A stretch of DNA of 64,000 nt. It comes from Lytechinus pictus (Eukaryota). Made by a program: the position numbers and the translations under genes. This document shows positions 11,116-24,140 of this stretch, piece after piece. Location: NCBI RefSeq assembly GCF_037042905.1, contig NC_087251.1, forward strand, positions 12,030,001 to 12,094,000, in the 5' to 3' direction. Every line of letters begins with the position of its first letter. The stretch's first letter is position 1. Under the pieces are notes generated by a model. That model was not told where the DNA came from and did no database searches. It saw nothing but the letters and a program-made list of their open reading frames with translations.

Positions 11116-12393
11116 ATGAGAAGAGGATATTCTAGACCGCCCATGGGGCGAGGATATGCTGGAGGACGTGGAAGGGGATTCGAGCAACATCGTGGTGGAT
11201 TTCGAGGAGGTGCGTCTAGGCCGACGGGCATTGACAGCCATAGTGGAGCAGGTGGAGCTCAACAACGTGGACGTGGGAGTAGCGGCTACATACCGGACAC
11301 CGGACCGCTACCGTCATCAGGCATGAACGATACGCGTCCTTCAGATCCGCGGAACAGAGCGCGGATAATGGGTGAAAATGAAATTCCACAAATGGGACCT
11401 GACTTTAGTGGGACTGGGAGTGTACAGGATATGAATAGAAATGTAGGAAATTATTCTACAAGTGCAATGTATGTAGGCCAAAGGCAAAGTGCAGAATTTG
11501 TAGAACAAGGACAAATGCATATGCACAGTCACAGGCCAGCAGGACATGGTTTTACACAAATTGCAGGGACGACAGGGTCTGGGCAAAGTGGGGTAGGGAA
11601 TTATCCAAGCCAGTACCATGCTGTGCAAGGGCCAGGTGATGGCAGGTTTGAAAGGGAAAGTTACATGGAAAGAGAAAGAAGGCAGGGCCCAGGGCAAAGA
11701 GATTATTATCCAGATATGGGAAGGTCCGACAGATACAAATCAGATTTTAAGAGCCCTAATGAAAGCAGTCCAGAGTATTTTTCAACAAATTATCCAACAA
11801 CCGAGTTGGAAGAGGAAGAATATAGAATGTATCAAACAAGGGAAACAGATGATAGGGGGAATAGAGAAGGAAGTCCGGAACCATTCCAAGAAGATGAATT
11901 TGAATACGAATGTGAGAATCCTGATTCTCAATCCGGTAATAAACGAGAATCACAATCCGATATAGATCTTAGCCCTGATCGCAGTGGCCGTAGGAGCAAC
12001 ATGTCTGATATCGAATTGACCCCCAATGAAAGGGGTCGTGAGAAAAACCTTTCTGATATTGATTTAAGCCCTGACCATGATCCAAAAGTTATTAAGAATG
12101 AAGCTCAAGGGAGTATTCAAGGCCCAAGATCAAGTAGTAGGGACTTGCAAGATAGGAAAATGGATCAAATGTCTAGTCTAAGAGAGGAACGGGATCCACA
12201 TAGGAGTGGGTCTGCACTTCAAAGAGATACTGAAAGAGGGTTTGAAAGAATGCAGAGGCTTGGACCTACATATGGAGAGAGATCTATGATGGAAGATGCC
12301 AGAGAACGTGAATCTAGGTCAAGAAGTTCCTCACTTCCAAGAGATCAGCAAGCACCTGATCTCAAAGGACGGGAGCCCAATGCGACAGATGTG
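11116..12393 (+). CDS. ZNF318: ZNF318-like exon 1 (RGG-rich N-terminus)
   Basis: Long ORF; donor GTG|GTAATT, phase 0. Confidence 0.8.
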
Positions 12394-13357
12394 GTAATTC
12401 CCAATGTGCTGTGCATCTATCATAAGTTAAACTTAGATATTGACTGGCATTTATGGATCAGATAGTTTTAAAAATAGTGTCATTCATTTTTTTTTGTAAG
12501 TCCATTCTTAAGTTGAAATTGATTGGATGCATTCTGGAAGTAAGATTTGCTAAATAATGACGATTGTCAACTTGAAAATTAGGAGTTTTCTTAAAGCTCT
12601 AATAATTGACCCAATTGTTAGCAAGTTTTGTTCTTTGTATTTCTCTTTTAGAGATAGGCCTACTCTTGGCAACTTAGATAAGTATTAAACCTTTAAATTA
12701 CAGAAAAGTTAACCTTGCATGAATTAAAAAAAATCAAATAGGCCTAAGTCATCGCGATTTTCACATATTTTCTAATTCAGATTTCGCTTGAATGGGATTA
12801 AAAGAAAATTATGTTGGCACTTTGCAGAGTTACCTGATTGGTTTTCAGGTTGAGTTTTTGTAGTGCTATGATGACCCATAGACCAACTGCAGGCAATAAA
12901 ATAGATTTTTTTAGACTACTTTTTGCATTTTACTGCCTAAATGATCTACATTTTACGAGCTTTTAACTCAATGAATGGGCATTTTCCAGGGCTCTTTCAG
13001 TAGGATGAATGTGAAAGAGTTTGTTTCATGAGACCGCGGTATCTTGATTATATTCAGTTAGTCAAGGATTGGTTTGCATATTCCACTGTCTTTGAAGGGA
13101 ACCTAGATAAATACAGCATAATTATATTTAATAGCGTAATATAGTTATGTGTACAATGATGAACTTGAATATGGGCTGCTTTGACAATGAAATCTTTTAC
13201 CATGCTTTTAGCTGTAGTATTCAGCTTTTACAATACTGTATAGATGTGATCATAGTGCCAGTTGATTCTAAATTTCTATATTTAGGGAAGATTACAAATG
13301 GTACAGAAGAAGTAAAAGCATAAATAGGAAACTAGCACAGGCACGTATAAGCACATA

Positions 13358-13840
13358 TTATATGACACCTAGATAGATCCTTGTCATTTGATTGGTAGCT
13401 TGACGTTGATCATTCAGTCCATTTTACAATGATATCATCAATGGTGCAATTTTGGATCCATGCAATTTTGTCCATTGCACATGCGTGCTAAGACCACCAG
13501 CAGTACATTATGTAAAAACACAATCGTGTTTAAACTGCTTACAGTGCGCTTGTTTGTATGTGACAATCAACAGACCGTGTTTGCACTGATGATGCACTTT
13601 TGCATTCAAGTTTAAATATAAGATTAAAAGCCAAATGACAAGGATCTATTTTTAGGTGTCGTATAAAATAAATAATGAATGTTCTTTTTCATTCATGCAA
13701 TGGACAGGATACTTCTATTCGGTGAAATATGAAATGAGTCATCCATTCAATGAGGCGTAGCCGAGTTGAATTGATCATTTCATCTTTCACCTCATGAAGT
13801 ATTCTGTCCATTGCACTCTGGAACATTCATTATTTGTATA
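13358..13840. mobile_element. Double-palindrome non-autonomous element (Crypton-like layout)
   Basis: IR1 ~13360-13390 / ~13633-13664. IR2 ~13662-13752 / ~13762-13840, centred on GAGGCGTAGCCGAG. No clear TSD; family assignment tentative. Confidence 0.5.
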
Positions 13841-14275
13841 CTTTTTACTGAAATGGTAATGATTTGGAGAAATAAATAATAAAAGAACAGCATATTTTTT
13901 TAAGTACATTCACTGTATCATATCAAAACAGTTAAAATTTGATCATAGTTGCAAGATTAAAAAACATTTGCTGTAAATTTCATTTTCTTGAAATGTTGTT
14001 TCACTCCATTATATGCGATTTTTTTTATAAATCTGTACGTAAGAGAAGTGTCATGATCGGTATATACTTTGGAGGAGATCTCATGAATTTTAGGGTGTTA
14101 CAAATAATAAATTCGGAGTGTTCAATTTCAATTGAAAATAATGCTATGCTCAATCATTTTTCATCTTTCTTACAATGCTATTCTTTTGGCAGATTGCACT
14201 TAACAAAAATTAATGAATAATGCATAAAGAAAGCACATTCTCACATTTGTGTTGTCTTCAATATATTCCTAATAG

Positions 14276-14772
14276 GAGATGATGATGAAACAGGAAGATC
14301 CAAAAACTTCACTTGTCATAACTGTGACCAATGACCAATGCCCAGAGAAGGATGGTCCCCATTCTGCTATTGACCGTCTTGGACCAGCAGTCCCTCAGAC
14401 GAAGGATGCAGCAGAAAGACTTGGACCACCTGTCTCTGCTCCTGCAGATCGTCTTGGACCACCTGTCCCTTCTGCTCTGGGTGCTGCTGCTAATCGTCTT
14501 GGTCCTTCTGTGGTAGCTCCTGCAGAAAGGCTTGGGCCATCAGTAGCTGCCCCCCAAGAGCGATTGGGTCCTTCACCTAATGTACCTACTGATCGTTTGG
14601 GCCGTCCTCTGGAGACGCCTGCTGCAGATAAGCAAGCATTTGCTCCTAAGGCTCACGCTTCAGCAGCAGCTGCCTCAAAAAGGTCAAGGACGAAAGACAA
14701 GCTACATGCCATAGCTGATGAAGACTTTGATCTTTATGCTGATATTCCACCACCAGAGAATGAAGAAGAAAA
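14276..14772 (+). CDS. ZNF318: ZNF318-like exon 2 (RLGP repeats)
   Basis: AATAG|GAG acceptor; AA|GTAAG donor, phase 2. Confidence 0.85.
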
Positions 14773-15087
14773 GTAAGAAAATGCATCAAGTACTTTTTTA
14801 TTTTGGTGCAGCCTTCATTACTGTTTTTAACGAATCATAAACATGGAAAAACACATAGAAATGTTAAGGGATGAAATTTTGTACTAATAGCATTTAAATG
14901 TATATATGATTTTTTTCCCACCCCCTCATACATTACTTGCTAGTCAAGATCATCATTTTCAAAGTATCCGTATAAGACGGTATTAAAGTGTAAATTTTTT
15001 TCTTGTGGGGGGGTGGTGTCTTTAGATTATAGATAATGATTCAATGTATTTATGGTGAATGATTTCTTGTGACTGACTTTTTTTCAG

Positions 15088-18000
15088 AATCCCAGTGAAT
15101 GAGCCAAAACAGGATCTTGTCATCACCTTTCAAGCACAAGACAAACCTGCACCTGTTACAACTGCAGCTCCAAAAATGTTTCCGGCAGCTCATGTCATGA
15201 CTGGTCCAACTGTTCATGCTCATCCAGAAGCAATGCCAAAGGAAGTGGACCCACATAGCGAACAAAGCAGTGGGAAGTCGCAAGATGCCTCTGAACCAGG
15301 AAATGAAGTTCCAGCAGTGTCTGTTGTAACTATTCCTAAGTCCAAATGGGACAGTGATGATGAAGGTTCCGATAAACATCTTATTTTGGTACCAAAATCT
15401 GCCAAAATGCCCGAACCGAAAGCTGAGATTGTAAAGACTGTCAAAAAGAGAGACCCATCTTTACATATGGGACAGATTGTTAAGGATGTAAAGTACAATA
15501 AAACTGACACAGCTAAATTACAGGGATTGATAGGTGAAACTAAGTCAAAGGAAGAATCAAAAGACAAATCTAAATCTGACGATAAACAAAATAAATCAGA
15601 AACAAAGAAAAAGGGCAAACCCAAAAGACGAAATAGAAGCCTGAGTCCAAGTAGAAGTAGAAGTAGAAGCAGGGAAAGAGGAAAGAGAGAAAAACATGGG
15701 AAAGATCGGCACAGAAGAGATCAATCAGATAGTAGAGAGAAAAGAAGGAAAGATTCTAGATCAAATAGCAGAGAGAGAAGAAGAAGAAGATCTAGGTCAG
15801 CTAGTAGAGAGAGGGGTTATTACAGACCAACACTTTCATTCAGGGGAGGTAGAGGGGGAACCTACCTAGATGGTAGAAGGAAATATCAAAGAGATTATAG
15901 ACATGATAGGAGAAGAAGTAGATCAAGGTCTAGGTCGAGAGAAAGGCGCCAATCAAGGCATGATAAACGCAGAAGTAGAAGTAGATCCAGTTCGTATTCT
16001 TCATATAGTAGCAGCAGCTCAGGGTCAAGCTCTAGCTACAGTTCCTCAAGGTCTTCAAGTAGGAGCAAGTCTCCTGAGAAAAGTAAAAAGAAAGTGAAAG
16101 ATACCAAGTCAAAGGGTGATGGTAAAAGTACTCAGAAGGAAGTTGGAAAGGCAACATCTGGTGAAGTACCAGCTGAAAAAGTTGAGTCTGAACCACTTAA
16201 AGTACAAGCAGAGAAAACATATGATATATTCACTGGAAAGCATGTTGAAGAGGAACCTCCTAAGCCGGGTAAAAAAGGAGATACTTTTGCAAAAGCTGGC
16301 GGGCTGCCTGATCCGCTTGGATTAAAGCAACTGACAAAACCAATGAAAAGCAAGGTGTATTCTGGACCAATCTATGATATGCCCCCATTGACAGTAACTG
16401 CCTCAACTGAACCAGAGACGAAACTAACAGCCCCTTTGCCTCTTGCTGCTGCAAAACCTCTGAAATCAATTTTGAAGAAGAAGAAAATGGATTTGGATGT
16501 AAAAGCAGAAGAGCCCACAGCAAGTGATGCTCCAGACCCACAGGGACCAGCAGTAGCAGCAAGTGCACAACCTGCCCCAAGTGTTAGTGGTCCTGATTTG
16601 GCTCAATTGTCATCAGTACTAGCTAATCTCGTTCCTCAAGGTGACCAGACCTCTCAGTCCTTAGCAACTCTCCTCTCTGCAATTAGTGCTCAACAACAGC
16701 AGAAACAAGAGCAAGAACAACAGCAACTGTTGCTGCAGCAGCAGCAACAACAAAACCTTATTCAACAACAGCTCCAACAACAACTATTTCTTCAGCAACA
16801 GCAGCAGCAACAACAAAGTTTGGGATTTTTCAACTCACAAAATACTTCTATTCCTGGTCTGGGAAATCAACTTGAGTTCCCTGTAGGTGCCCAAGGCCTA
16901 TTTGCTCATGGTGCTATTGGAGGACAACAATCCTCCATACCTGGTCTTGATGTAGGCTATCACAACCCGCAAGTACTTGGAGCTGGAGGGATAATGACTT
17001 CATCTGTTACTGGTCTTGGAGGTATACCTTCAGCGGCCATGAATTCCTCAATCCCAGGACTTGGAGATACTTCCCATCAGAACACACAGCCACAAGCATC
17101 CCAACAACCTAATCAGAATCTAGCAACCATTCTCCAGCAGTCTGGTCTGAAGATGACACCCGAGTTGTCAGCTGTACTTGGAAAGAAACAGCCAGATCAG
17201 TCTTCTGAAGGATTCAGTGGCCAGTCAGCATTCCAGAGTGGGGCAATGCCATCTCCACATATTCCGTTCCTGTCAGGGACAACAGCAGCTACAGAAGAAG
17301 AGGATAGCTTCTTATATGGTGAACCTCAGCAGAGTTCACAATATGCCAATCCAAATCAATACATGAACCAAAGTCAACAAGCTGCATTCCAAACTCAAGA
17401 GCAGCTCTACTCAGGACAAGTACAAGCATCTGCACCAGATGAATATATCCCAGAAGCTAAACCTGTAACAACTCAAGCAGGCTCTTCTGTAGATTCTAAT
17501 CATATCCAAAAAATTCTCTCTGCTATTGGCTTTGACTTTGACATGGCCAAAAAGGTTGAACTTGAAAAAAAATTGGGAATTCATGAAAATAAAACTCAGC
17601 CAAAATCTGTAGAACAGCTAGTGCCAAAGAGTGATTACGAACAAGTATCAGAGTATGTTAGTGCACAGCGAATTCAAGCTCAGCAAAGTCAAACTTTGCA
17701 CGCAGCAAAAAATGAAGGTGCCACTATTGCTTCAACTTCTTCTGAATACAAGATGGATGGTTTGAATCAAACTGCTTCTTTCCTTGATACTGGACTACAA
17801 GTGCCGCCAGTCAGCACTGCTGAGGACAAGTCTACTAAAAAACTAAGTAAGAAAAAGAAAAAGAAAGCAGAAAAGAAAAAGCTGAAGGAAGAGAAAGCTG
17901 CTTTAAAAATGAAGTCTTCTGAAAGTGAAAAACGGCCAACAAAGAAGGGACTCAAAGATGACCTGGAACAGAAGGAAAGAAGAAAAGGTGGCTCTAAGAG

Positions 18001-18943
18001 TCCTTTAACGGAGCCTGTGAGTGATGAAGAGCTCGCTCATGATACACCTAAGAAGCATCAGCAGTATGCGGAACTTGCCAATATCAAGATAAAAGTTGCC
18101 CAAACACCATCTTCATCAAGATCAGAGTCAAAAAGAAGGATAGTGTTGCTTCCTGATACACAAGAAGATGACCCTGAGGAACAGGAAGGAAAGAGACATG
18201 TCACCAGAGAACCAGCTGGTGGGAAATGGTCGGCACAGGAGAAGCCTTATCAAGAAGGAGATTACTACAAGCCTCAAAGTTGGGAGATGGCAGAGCGTAG
18301 ACGAATAGAGGAACAGATAAGGATGGAAATGCAAATAAAAGAAGAGAAAGAGAAGGAGAAAAGGAGAAAGGAGATGCTGAAGAAAGAACAAGAGTGGCTG
18401 ATGAGAGAGGTTGCCTTGAAGACAATGGAAGAAAAGATAAGGAGGGAAGAAGAAAAGCTACTGCAGGTCAAGGAAATAAATAAGCGTCAGGAAGAGAAAA
18501 TACGAAGGGAGGAAGAAAAGCTCATACATGATTGGGAATTAATGAGGAGACAGGAGGCAAAGAGACTGGATGCAGAAAAGTCTGGTGAAGCACGCAGACA
18601 ACAGAAGCTAAGAGAAGAAAAAGACAAGATCCAGAAGAAGTTGGTACTTCTCCAGAGAGCGCTTGAATCATTGAGGAAGCAGCAAGGAGACCTGATGAGG
18701 CGCATGAAGCACTCAAAGGAGGGACACAAAGATCCCCAGATTGCGCACAACAGCAAACTACAACAAGAGATTTCCGACCAGATCAGATCTCTGAGGAAGG
18801 CCTATGCAGATGTTGGAACCAAAGGATATGACAGGGATGCTGAGAAAAGTGGATCAGAAAGCCGCGACGGAAAGGAACAGCGAAGCTTGTCTACAGACAG
18901 ATCAAGCTCAGGCAGAGATGACAGAGACGGGGAGAGAGAAAAG
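15088..18943 (+). CDS. ZNF318: ZNF318-like exon 3 (RS domain, polyQ, coiled coil)
   Basis: TTTTCAG|A acceptor; 1299-aa ORF; AAG|GTATGG donor. Confidence 0.9.
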
Positions 18944-20093
18944 GTATGGTGCAAACTTCTATTATTGAAGTTATTCAAATGTTTGAATACTTGATATCTA
19001 TATGTAGATGGAATTCGATTGATACTTGCAAAAGTTTATTTTGAGCTTCTCATAAATCTATGATATATTTGATGAAATTCAATTTTAAAAGAATATTGAT
19101 ATTGAAACAAAATGGATATCAATCCCTAAAAACAGCAAGCTTTTCATATTATATTTTGGAAAGAAAGACCAAGATGGCTATGAATTAAAGTAAATGGAAA
19201 ATGCTCAGCAAGTCTGATGGTTCAATTGAAAAATTATGTTCTAAATCAAATATCTGTGTGTGTTATACCCATTTTTTGCAAACATCTAGTTTCTGCTTCC
19301 TATACTTTCAATTAAAATCTTGCAATTTGATTGATTTTCTCTGTTGATTTTGATAAATAATTTACCAAGTTTTTCTTGATAGAAGCATTCATTGTTTATG
19401 TTTGAAGTAGATTTATTTACTTTTCTTCAGACCAGACACATCATAGTGTGGTTAACGTTGGTTTGAACTGATAGAAAAGTGTATGGTGTTGATTATTGAA
19501 AAGAATAATTTCACTTTAAATTTTATACTTTCCAGCTCTTTGATGTCCTAGATGACCTTTTTTTTTTACTCCCTGTATGAATTCTCACTGGAACATTTCT
19601 GCCTTTTATGTAAATTATGAAGAAAAAAAAGCATTTGTTAACATATATGTCTGTTCCTTGTCTGCCAAGGGGTATTACCAGCTAAGGCCAGAGAAGAGCT
19701 ATTTGATGGAAATGAAAGAAGGTAAAATTTATACATCATGTCGTCTAGCAGAAAGTTTAAAGAACAGGTAATACAATCTTGTGTATCTTGATATCCTGCC
19801 TTTTTTATTTAAGGTGATTGATAAGGTAGGATCACCCTTTTGTGAGCTTTTTACCAAAGTCAAGAAAAAATACACCCTTTGATAAGTTTTGAGGTAATTT
19901 GCATGTTGAGTAGCATTTAATAGTTCTATTTAAAACTGGAAATAAAGTTGGGTTTAATAATTTTGAAAACTCTCAAAGCTAGAGGGTGATCCTTCCAATC
20001 ACTAAATTTGAATTTGTTAGTTGAATACCTGCACAATTTTCTGTATCCCTTTTAAACTTTTTTCTCCTTTTTATATTATGTTGAATATTGTAG

Positions 20094-20294
20094 AGTTCAT
20101 CTCATCGCAGCAAGCGGAGCTCAGCTGACTATAAGGAAGAGAGGGAACGGGAGAAAGAGAAGGAAAAGGAGAGCAAGGCTCGGTTCCAGTTCACCTACTT
20201 TGATGATGGAGACCATTGGTGTAAAGTTTGCCTGAAGGCGTTGCGAAATCTGAACGAGTTCTTCATTCATCTTCACTCAAAGAAGCATATGAAG
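20094..20294 (+). CDS. ZNF318: ZNF318-like exon 4 (matrin-type zinc finger 1)
   Basis: SSSHRSK...HWCKVCLKALRNLNEFFIHLHSKKHMK; donor AAG|GTAAG. Confidence 0.9.
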
Positions 20295-21909
20295 GTAAGA
20301 TTGTTTTTCAGTTTTGTTTTTGGCCTTTTAATTATTTTGAGGAGCTTCAGCAGTACCAGTGAGTATACATGCATTTTATAAAAATTTTTTTAGATGCTAC
20401 TATATCAATTATCATAGTTTTGACTGGGTCATAAAATTTTAGCATTTTATGAGCTCACTCGAGCTTGATAAAAGATATGAGCTAGCAATAATGGTTTATG
20501 ATAATCTTGCTTGAATTTTCTGAATTTGGAAGTAAATAACATCACCTGTTGATTCCCCTTGGGATAGTAATTGACTTCTTAAAAAGAAAAAGAAAGAAAG
20601 ATTTAAACAGCATACATTTTCAAACATTGGGAATATGAAATGTGTTGCCTAAGTTTGGGTTTTTTTTTTTTTTGGGGGGGGGGAGGGGGTGATATGAAGA
20701 ATGCCCCCCTTTGAGTTTTGTCCTCAGTTGATGTCTTTACAATTTGATATCTTTTTGGAGATATCCAATTGCATGAAGAATTACAATTTTACATCCTTTT
20801 TAGTTTCTAGACAAGCTTTACCCCCTTGTTATTTTTAAAATTATTATTATTTATTTATCGTGCTCATGTAGATGAATGATAAGAAACAAGAGGCTAAATA
20901 CAGTTTTCAACTGAATAAAGATGCTGTTTGTTTGCTATAAATATCCCGATTATTCACAAACGACCCCATTATGATAGTGAAGCACTGAGGAGTTGCTCTT
21001 GAGTGTTCATGGTCAATATAAATTTCTTAAGGAATTACAAGTGAAATGTAAGATCTTCTACATGGCTGAAGTTATGCATTTCAGAACAAATATATTCTTT
21101 TAGCTGTCACCACTGGATATGAGTATTAATTAGTTGTCGACCTTGTAACACAAAGATACTGTCAAATGTTCAATTGAGCGTAACTGTAAGTGTGTACTAT
21201 ACAGCGTACCAAAGTTAGAATCAATTGTAAATATACATCCCCTAATTGACTTGCTGGGGAGTTTTAATATTTAGAGACTTGACTTTTTATGAAAATAAGA
21301 ATGTGATTTTTTTTCCTTATTAATGCTTTCAGTTTTTGTCAATTCTTGAACCAGATTTATTACTCAGGTTTGGTTAATTCTGGTTATTGATCAGTGAGAA
21401 TTGTAAGATTGGCATGCTGTAGAGATGGGACCACCCCCTGTTGAGCATTGACTAGGAAATAAAAAGAGAGCTGAATATCGATGATGCTCTTCTACATTAT
21501 TTTTTTAGATGAAGTGTGTGTTACTAAGCTTGTCATATTCTTTTAGAATATTACAAAGTAGATCTAACCTAGATAGTCAGATACAAATGAAGCATGACCT
21601 TTGCTATACATGTAATTCTATATTGTCTATTTTGCTGGCTTGATTTCATGCATCAGTGTCTATTTTGCATTTCAAGTTACAGACATGTCTTTGTGAAAAT
21701 AATATTTTCTCCTTTATATAAGCCATTTATCAATGTATATAATAGAATGATGATATTCACCAGTGTGGGTATGTAATTCAACAATGCTATTCATGTCTGT
21801 TTGGTGTGTGTTATAGCATGTTGCAAGTTAAACATGATTTTGAATATAGCCATTGAGAATGTTATGTGGATTTCTATTGAAAGAGAGAGTTTTGATGTAT
21901 ATCTTTCAG

Positions 21910-22006
21910 TTGATTGATGCTATGGATAGACCATGGATGTCAAGTGAGGCCAAATCTGAGAAATCTGGAGGATCAACAGAAGGTCTCATCCCTGCACCTA
22001 TAAAAG
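21910..22006 (+). CDS. ZNF318: ZNF318-like exon 5
   Basis: TTTCAG|TTG acceptor; LIDAMDRPW...APIK; phase-1 donor. Confidence 0.88.
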
Positions 22007-22580
22007 GTAAATTCTTACAATTCAAATTTATGCTTCCACTTTATTACCAAAAATGGTGTTAAGAACAGTTATTGAAGGCCCTGTCACGTACTCCCTTTCT
22101 ATACTTCTATACTTTTAGCCTTTTATCTAATAATTTTTGTCAGATGGTGTCAAACAGTCCAAAATTCAATATTCAGGAGTTAAAAAATAGGTAACCACCA
22201 ATTGTCTGGTTGTCCATAAACCAGATGAAGGGCAAGTTTTAAAAAAAAATATGTAGACATATGCATCAGTTTCTTAATTTTTTTGTTAACAGTACATGTA
22301 TGTGATGTGGCCTTTATGGTCGCAGAAGATTGTGAAATTAAGCATATCCTCTTTACCCATTGCCTTCTGTCTTTGAAAAAAACAAGGATAAGTGTGGAGT
22401 CTTGTCCTAGTTTCTCCAAGTTCCATCCCTATTGTGTCTTACAGGTAGATTACACCTTATTCAAGTATTTCAACTTTGGCTACATGAAAAGTATGAAGTC
22501 TGACTTCCCAACTTTTTATTGTGTTTTACCTATTACTGTACAAGATTTATGATCAAGAACTTATTTTTTTTTTTAACCAG

Positions 22581-22699
22581 GAGCCGAGTTCATGATGCCA
22601 GTGAATGGATATTACTGTCGTCTTTGTAAGGTTTTCTCCGGTGATGGTATTGCTGGGATGGAACACATGAAGGGCCACAGTCACAATTTTGCATATCAG
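22581..22699 (+). CDS. ZNF318: ZNF318-like exon 6 (matrin-type zinc finger 2)
   Basis: AEFMMPVNGYYCRLCKVFSGDGIAGMEHMKGHSHNFAYQ; donor CAG|GTAAT. Confidence 0.9.
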
Positions 22700-23222
22700 G
22701 TAATTTCATATCCTTGTCATATCTTTGTCAGTATAAGAGAAACTTGTGGACACAGTGGACTAATCTTATTCATATTACATGCATTTCCATGATATGGAAC
22801 TACCACTGTAGTAGTGAAATTTTGCAATTTACAATCAATGGTAATTCCATAGTTGTATTTGATGTTCAGTTTTTATGCAACAAAGCCTTGGTGATGTTAA
22901 CTTTCCCAGTTCTTAATTCTCTTATGTTTATAAACATTTCAAATTCTTGTATTAGATTTATACTATAACAAGGTTTAGAGGATATTATAATTCCCTCTGC
23001 AATCATGTATCATCAGTAAGATAGAATTACAGGGAATTCTTTTGATAATTCTATGCTCCTAGTCCTATGACATCTCAACATACAATGGATGCTTAGATAT
23101 ATAATTTTTTTTTCAATGTGGAATGTTTGATTAGAATGGGTATTTTGTACTGCTTTCTGAATGCTTGAAAATAATGTAAGGCTGCTTAATATCCTTATTT
23201 ATTCAATGATATATGTTTATAG

Positions 23223-24140
23223 AAACTGTTGGATGAGAACAAGCATTATGAGAAGCAATTAGAGCTGGAGAAAGCTGCATCTTCAACCAATGCACCAATC
23301 TTCACCAAGGAAGAAGGTGACAGGGAGGAGAAAGGAAACAAACGAAAAGCCGAAGAGGTACCTGAAGACAAACAGAGCAAGCAGATAAAGACTGAAGTTA
23401 CAGATGTCAAGGTTTCAGCAAAACAGTCTGGTGGATTCGGAAAGTTCAAGTTTAACAAGGAGCAGGAGCCTTCTGAAGAAGCTGCTAAAGAAGCTGCCCC
23501 AGAAGCACCCTTGGAGCTGAGGAAGGAAACAACTCAAGGAAGCAGTGATGCTCCTGCAAAGAAGGATCCCAACAAACTGAGCATCAAGATTGGTTCCAAA
23601 CGCTTGATTCCAACCACTTTACTACGTGGCAAATCCGCTCAAGGGACACCTACAACTCCTACTGCTGAAGGTGCTACAGCTGCGACTACTACTGAGTCTG
23701 AACCTACTGTAACCATTAGAAACAGGTCAACAAGATCATCAACTTTGGCCCAGAGACCACAACCCATGATTGGTAAAAGACCAACCCGCAGATCCAGAGA
23801 TCAACCCAAAGAGCCTCCTGCAGAAGAAAAAACGATGTCTTCCTTGGATGATTTCCTCCAAGGTACTAGTGGAGAAGCACTTCCTGTAATAAGTGATGAT
23901 AAGGAAGTCAAGGAAGAAAGTCCAGTGAAGAATCCAGAAGGGAAGAAGGAGGAAGTATTTGTTTTGAAGGAGGATGACATTGCCAGTGCGTTCAAAGGAT
24001 TAGAAGAGATGGAGTTCATTCAGATTGATGAAGCGTCTGATGATGAGGCGATAGAGAATCCAGAAGTACCAGGAGGTGAAGCAGATGAGGAAGCCAGCAG
24101 CTTACCAGTTCCAATACCACCACCACCTGCAGATAATTAA
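23223..24140 (+). CDS. ZNF318: ZNF318-like exon 7 (to stop)
   Basis: TTATAG|AAA acceptor; KLLDENKHYE... to TAA at 24138-24140. Confidence 0.88.
   Translation, partial: KLLDENKHYEKQLELEKAASSTNAPIFTKEEGDREEKGNKRKAEEVPEDKQSKQIKTEVTDVKVSAKQSGGFGKFKFNKEQEPSEEAAKEAAPEAPLELRKETTQGSSDAPAKKDPNKLSIKIGSKRLIPTTLLRGKSAQGTPTTPTAEGATAATTTESEPTVTIRNRSTRSSTLAQRPQPMIGKRPTRRSRDQPKEPPAEEKTMSSLDDFLQGTSGEALPVISDDKEVKEESPVKNPEGKKEEVFVLKEDDIASAFKGLEEMEFIQIDEASDDEAIENPEVPGGEADEEASSLPVPIPPPPADN

Larger units (their letters stand above)
11116..24140 (+). other. ZNF318: Gene span: zinc finger protein 318-like, 7 coding exons, about 2321 aa
   Basis: join(11116-12393,14276-14772,15088-18943,20094-20294,21910-22006,22581-22699,23223-24140) = 6966 bp in frame, all GT-AG. 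Two matrin-type fingers in ZNF318-like context (YFDDGDHWCKVC...HLHSKKH...DRPW; GAEFMMPVNGYYCRLC...HMKGHSHN...LDENKHYE). Confidence 0.85.

Noticed and set aside
15050..18756. Antisense and alternative-frame ORFs over ZNF318 exon 3
   Set aside because: Shadow ORFs of a long coding exon.
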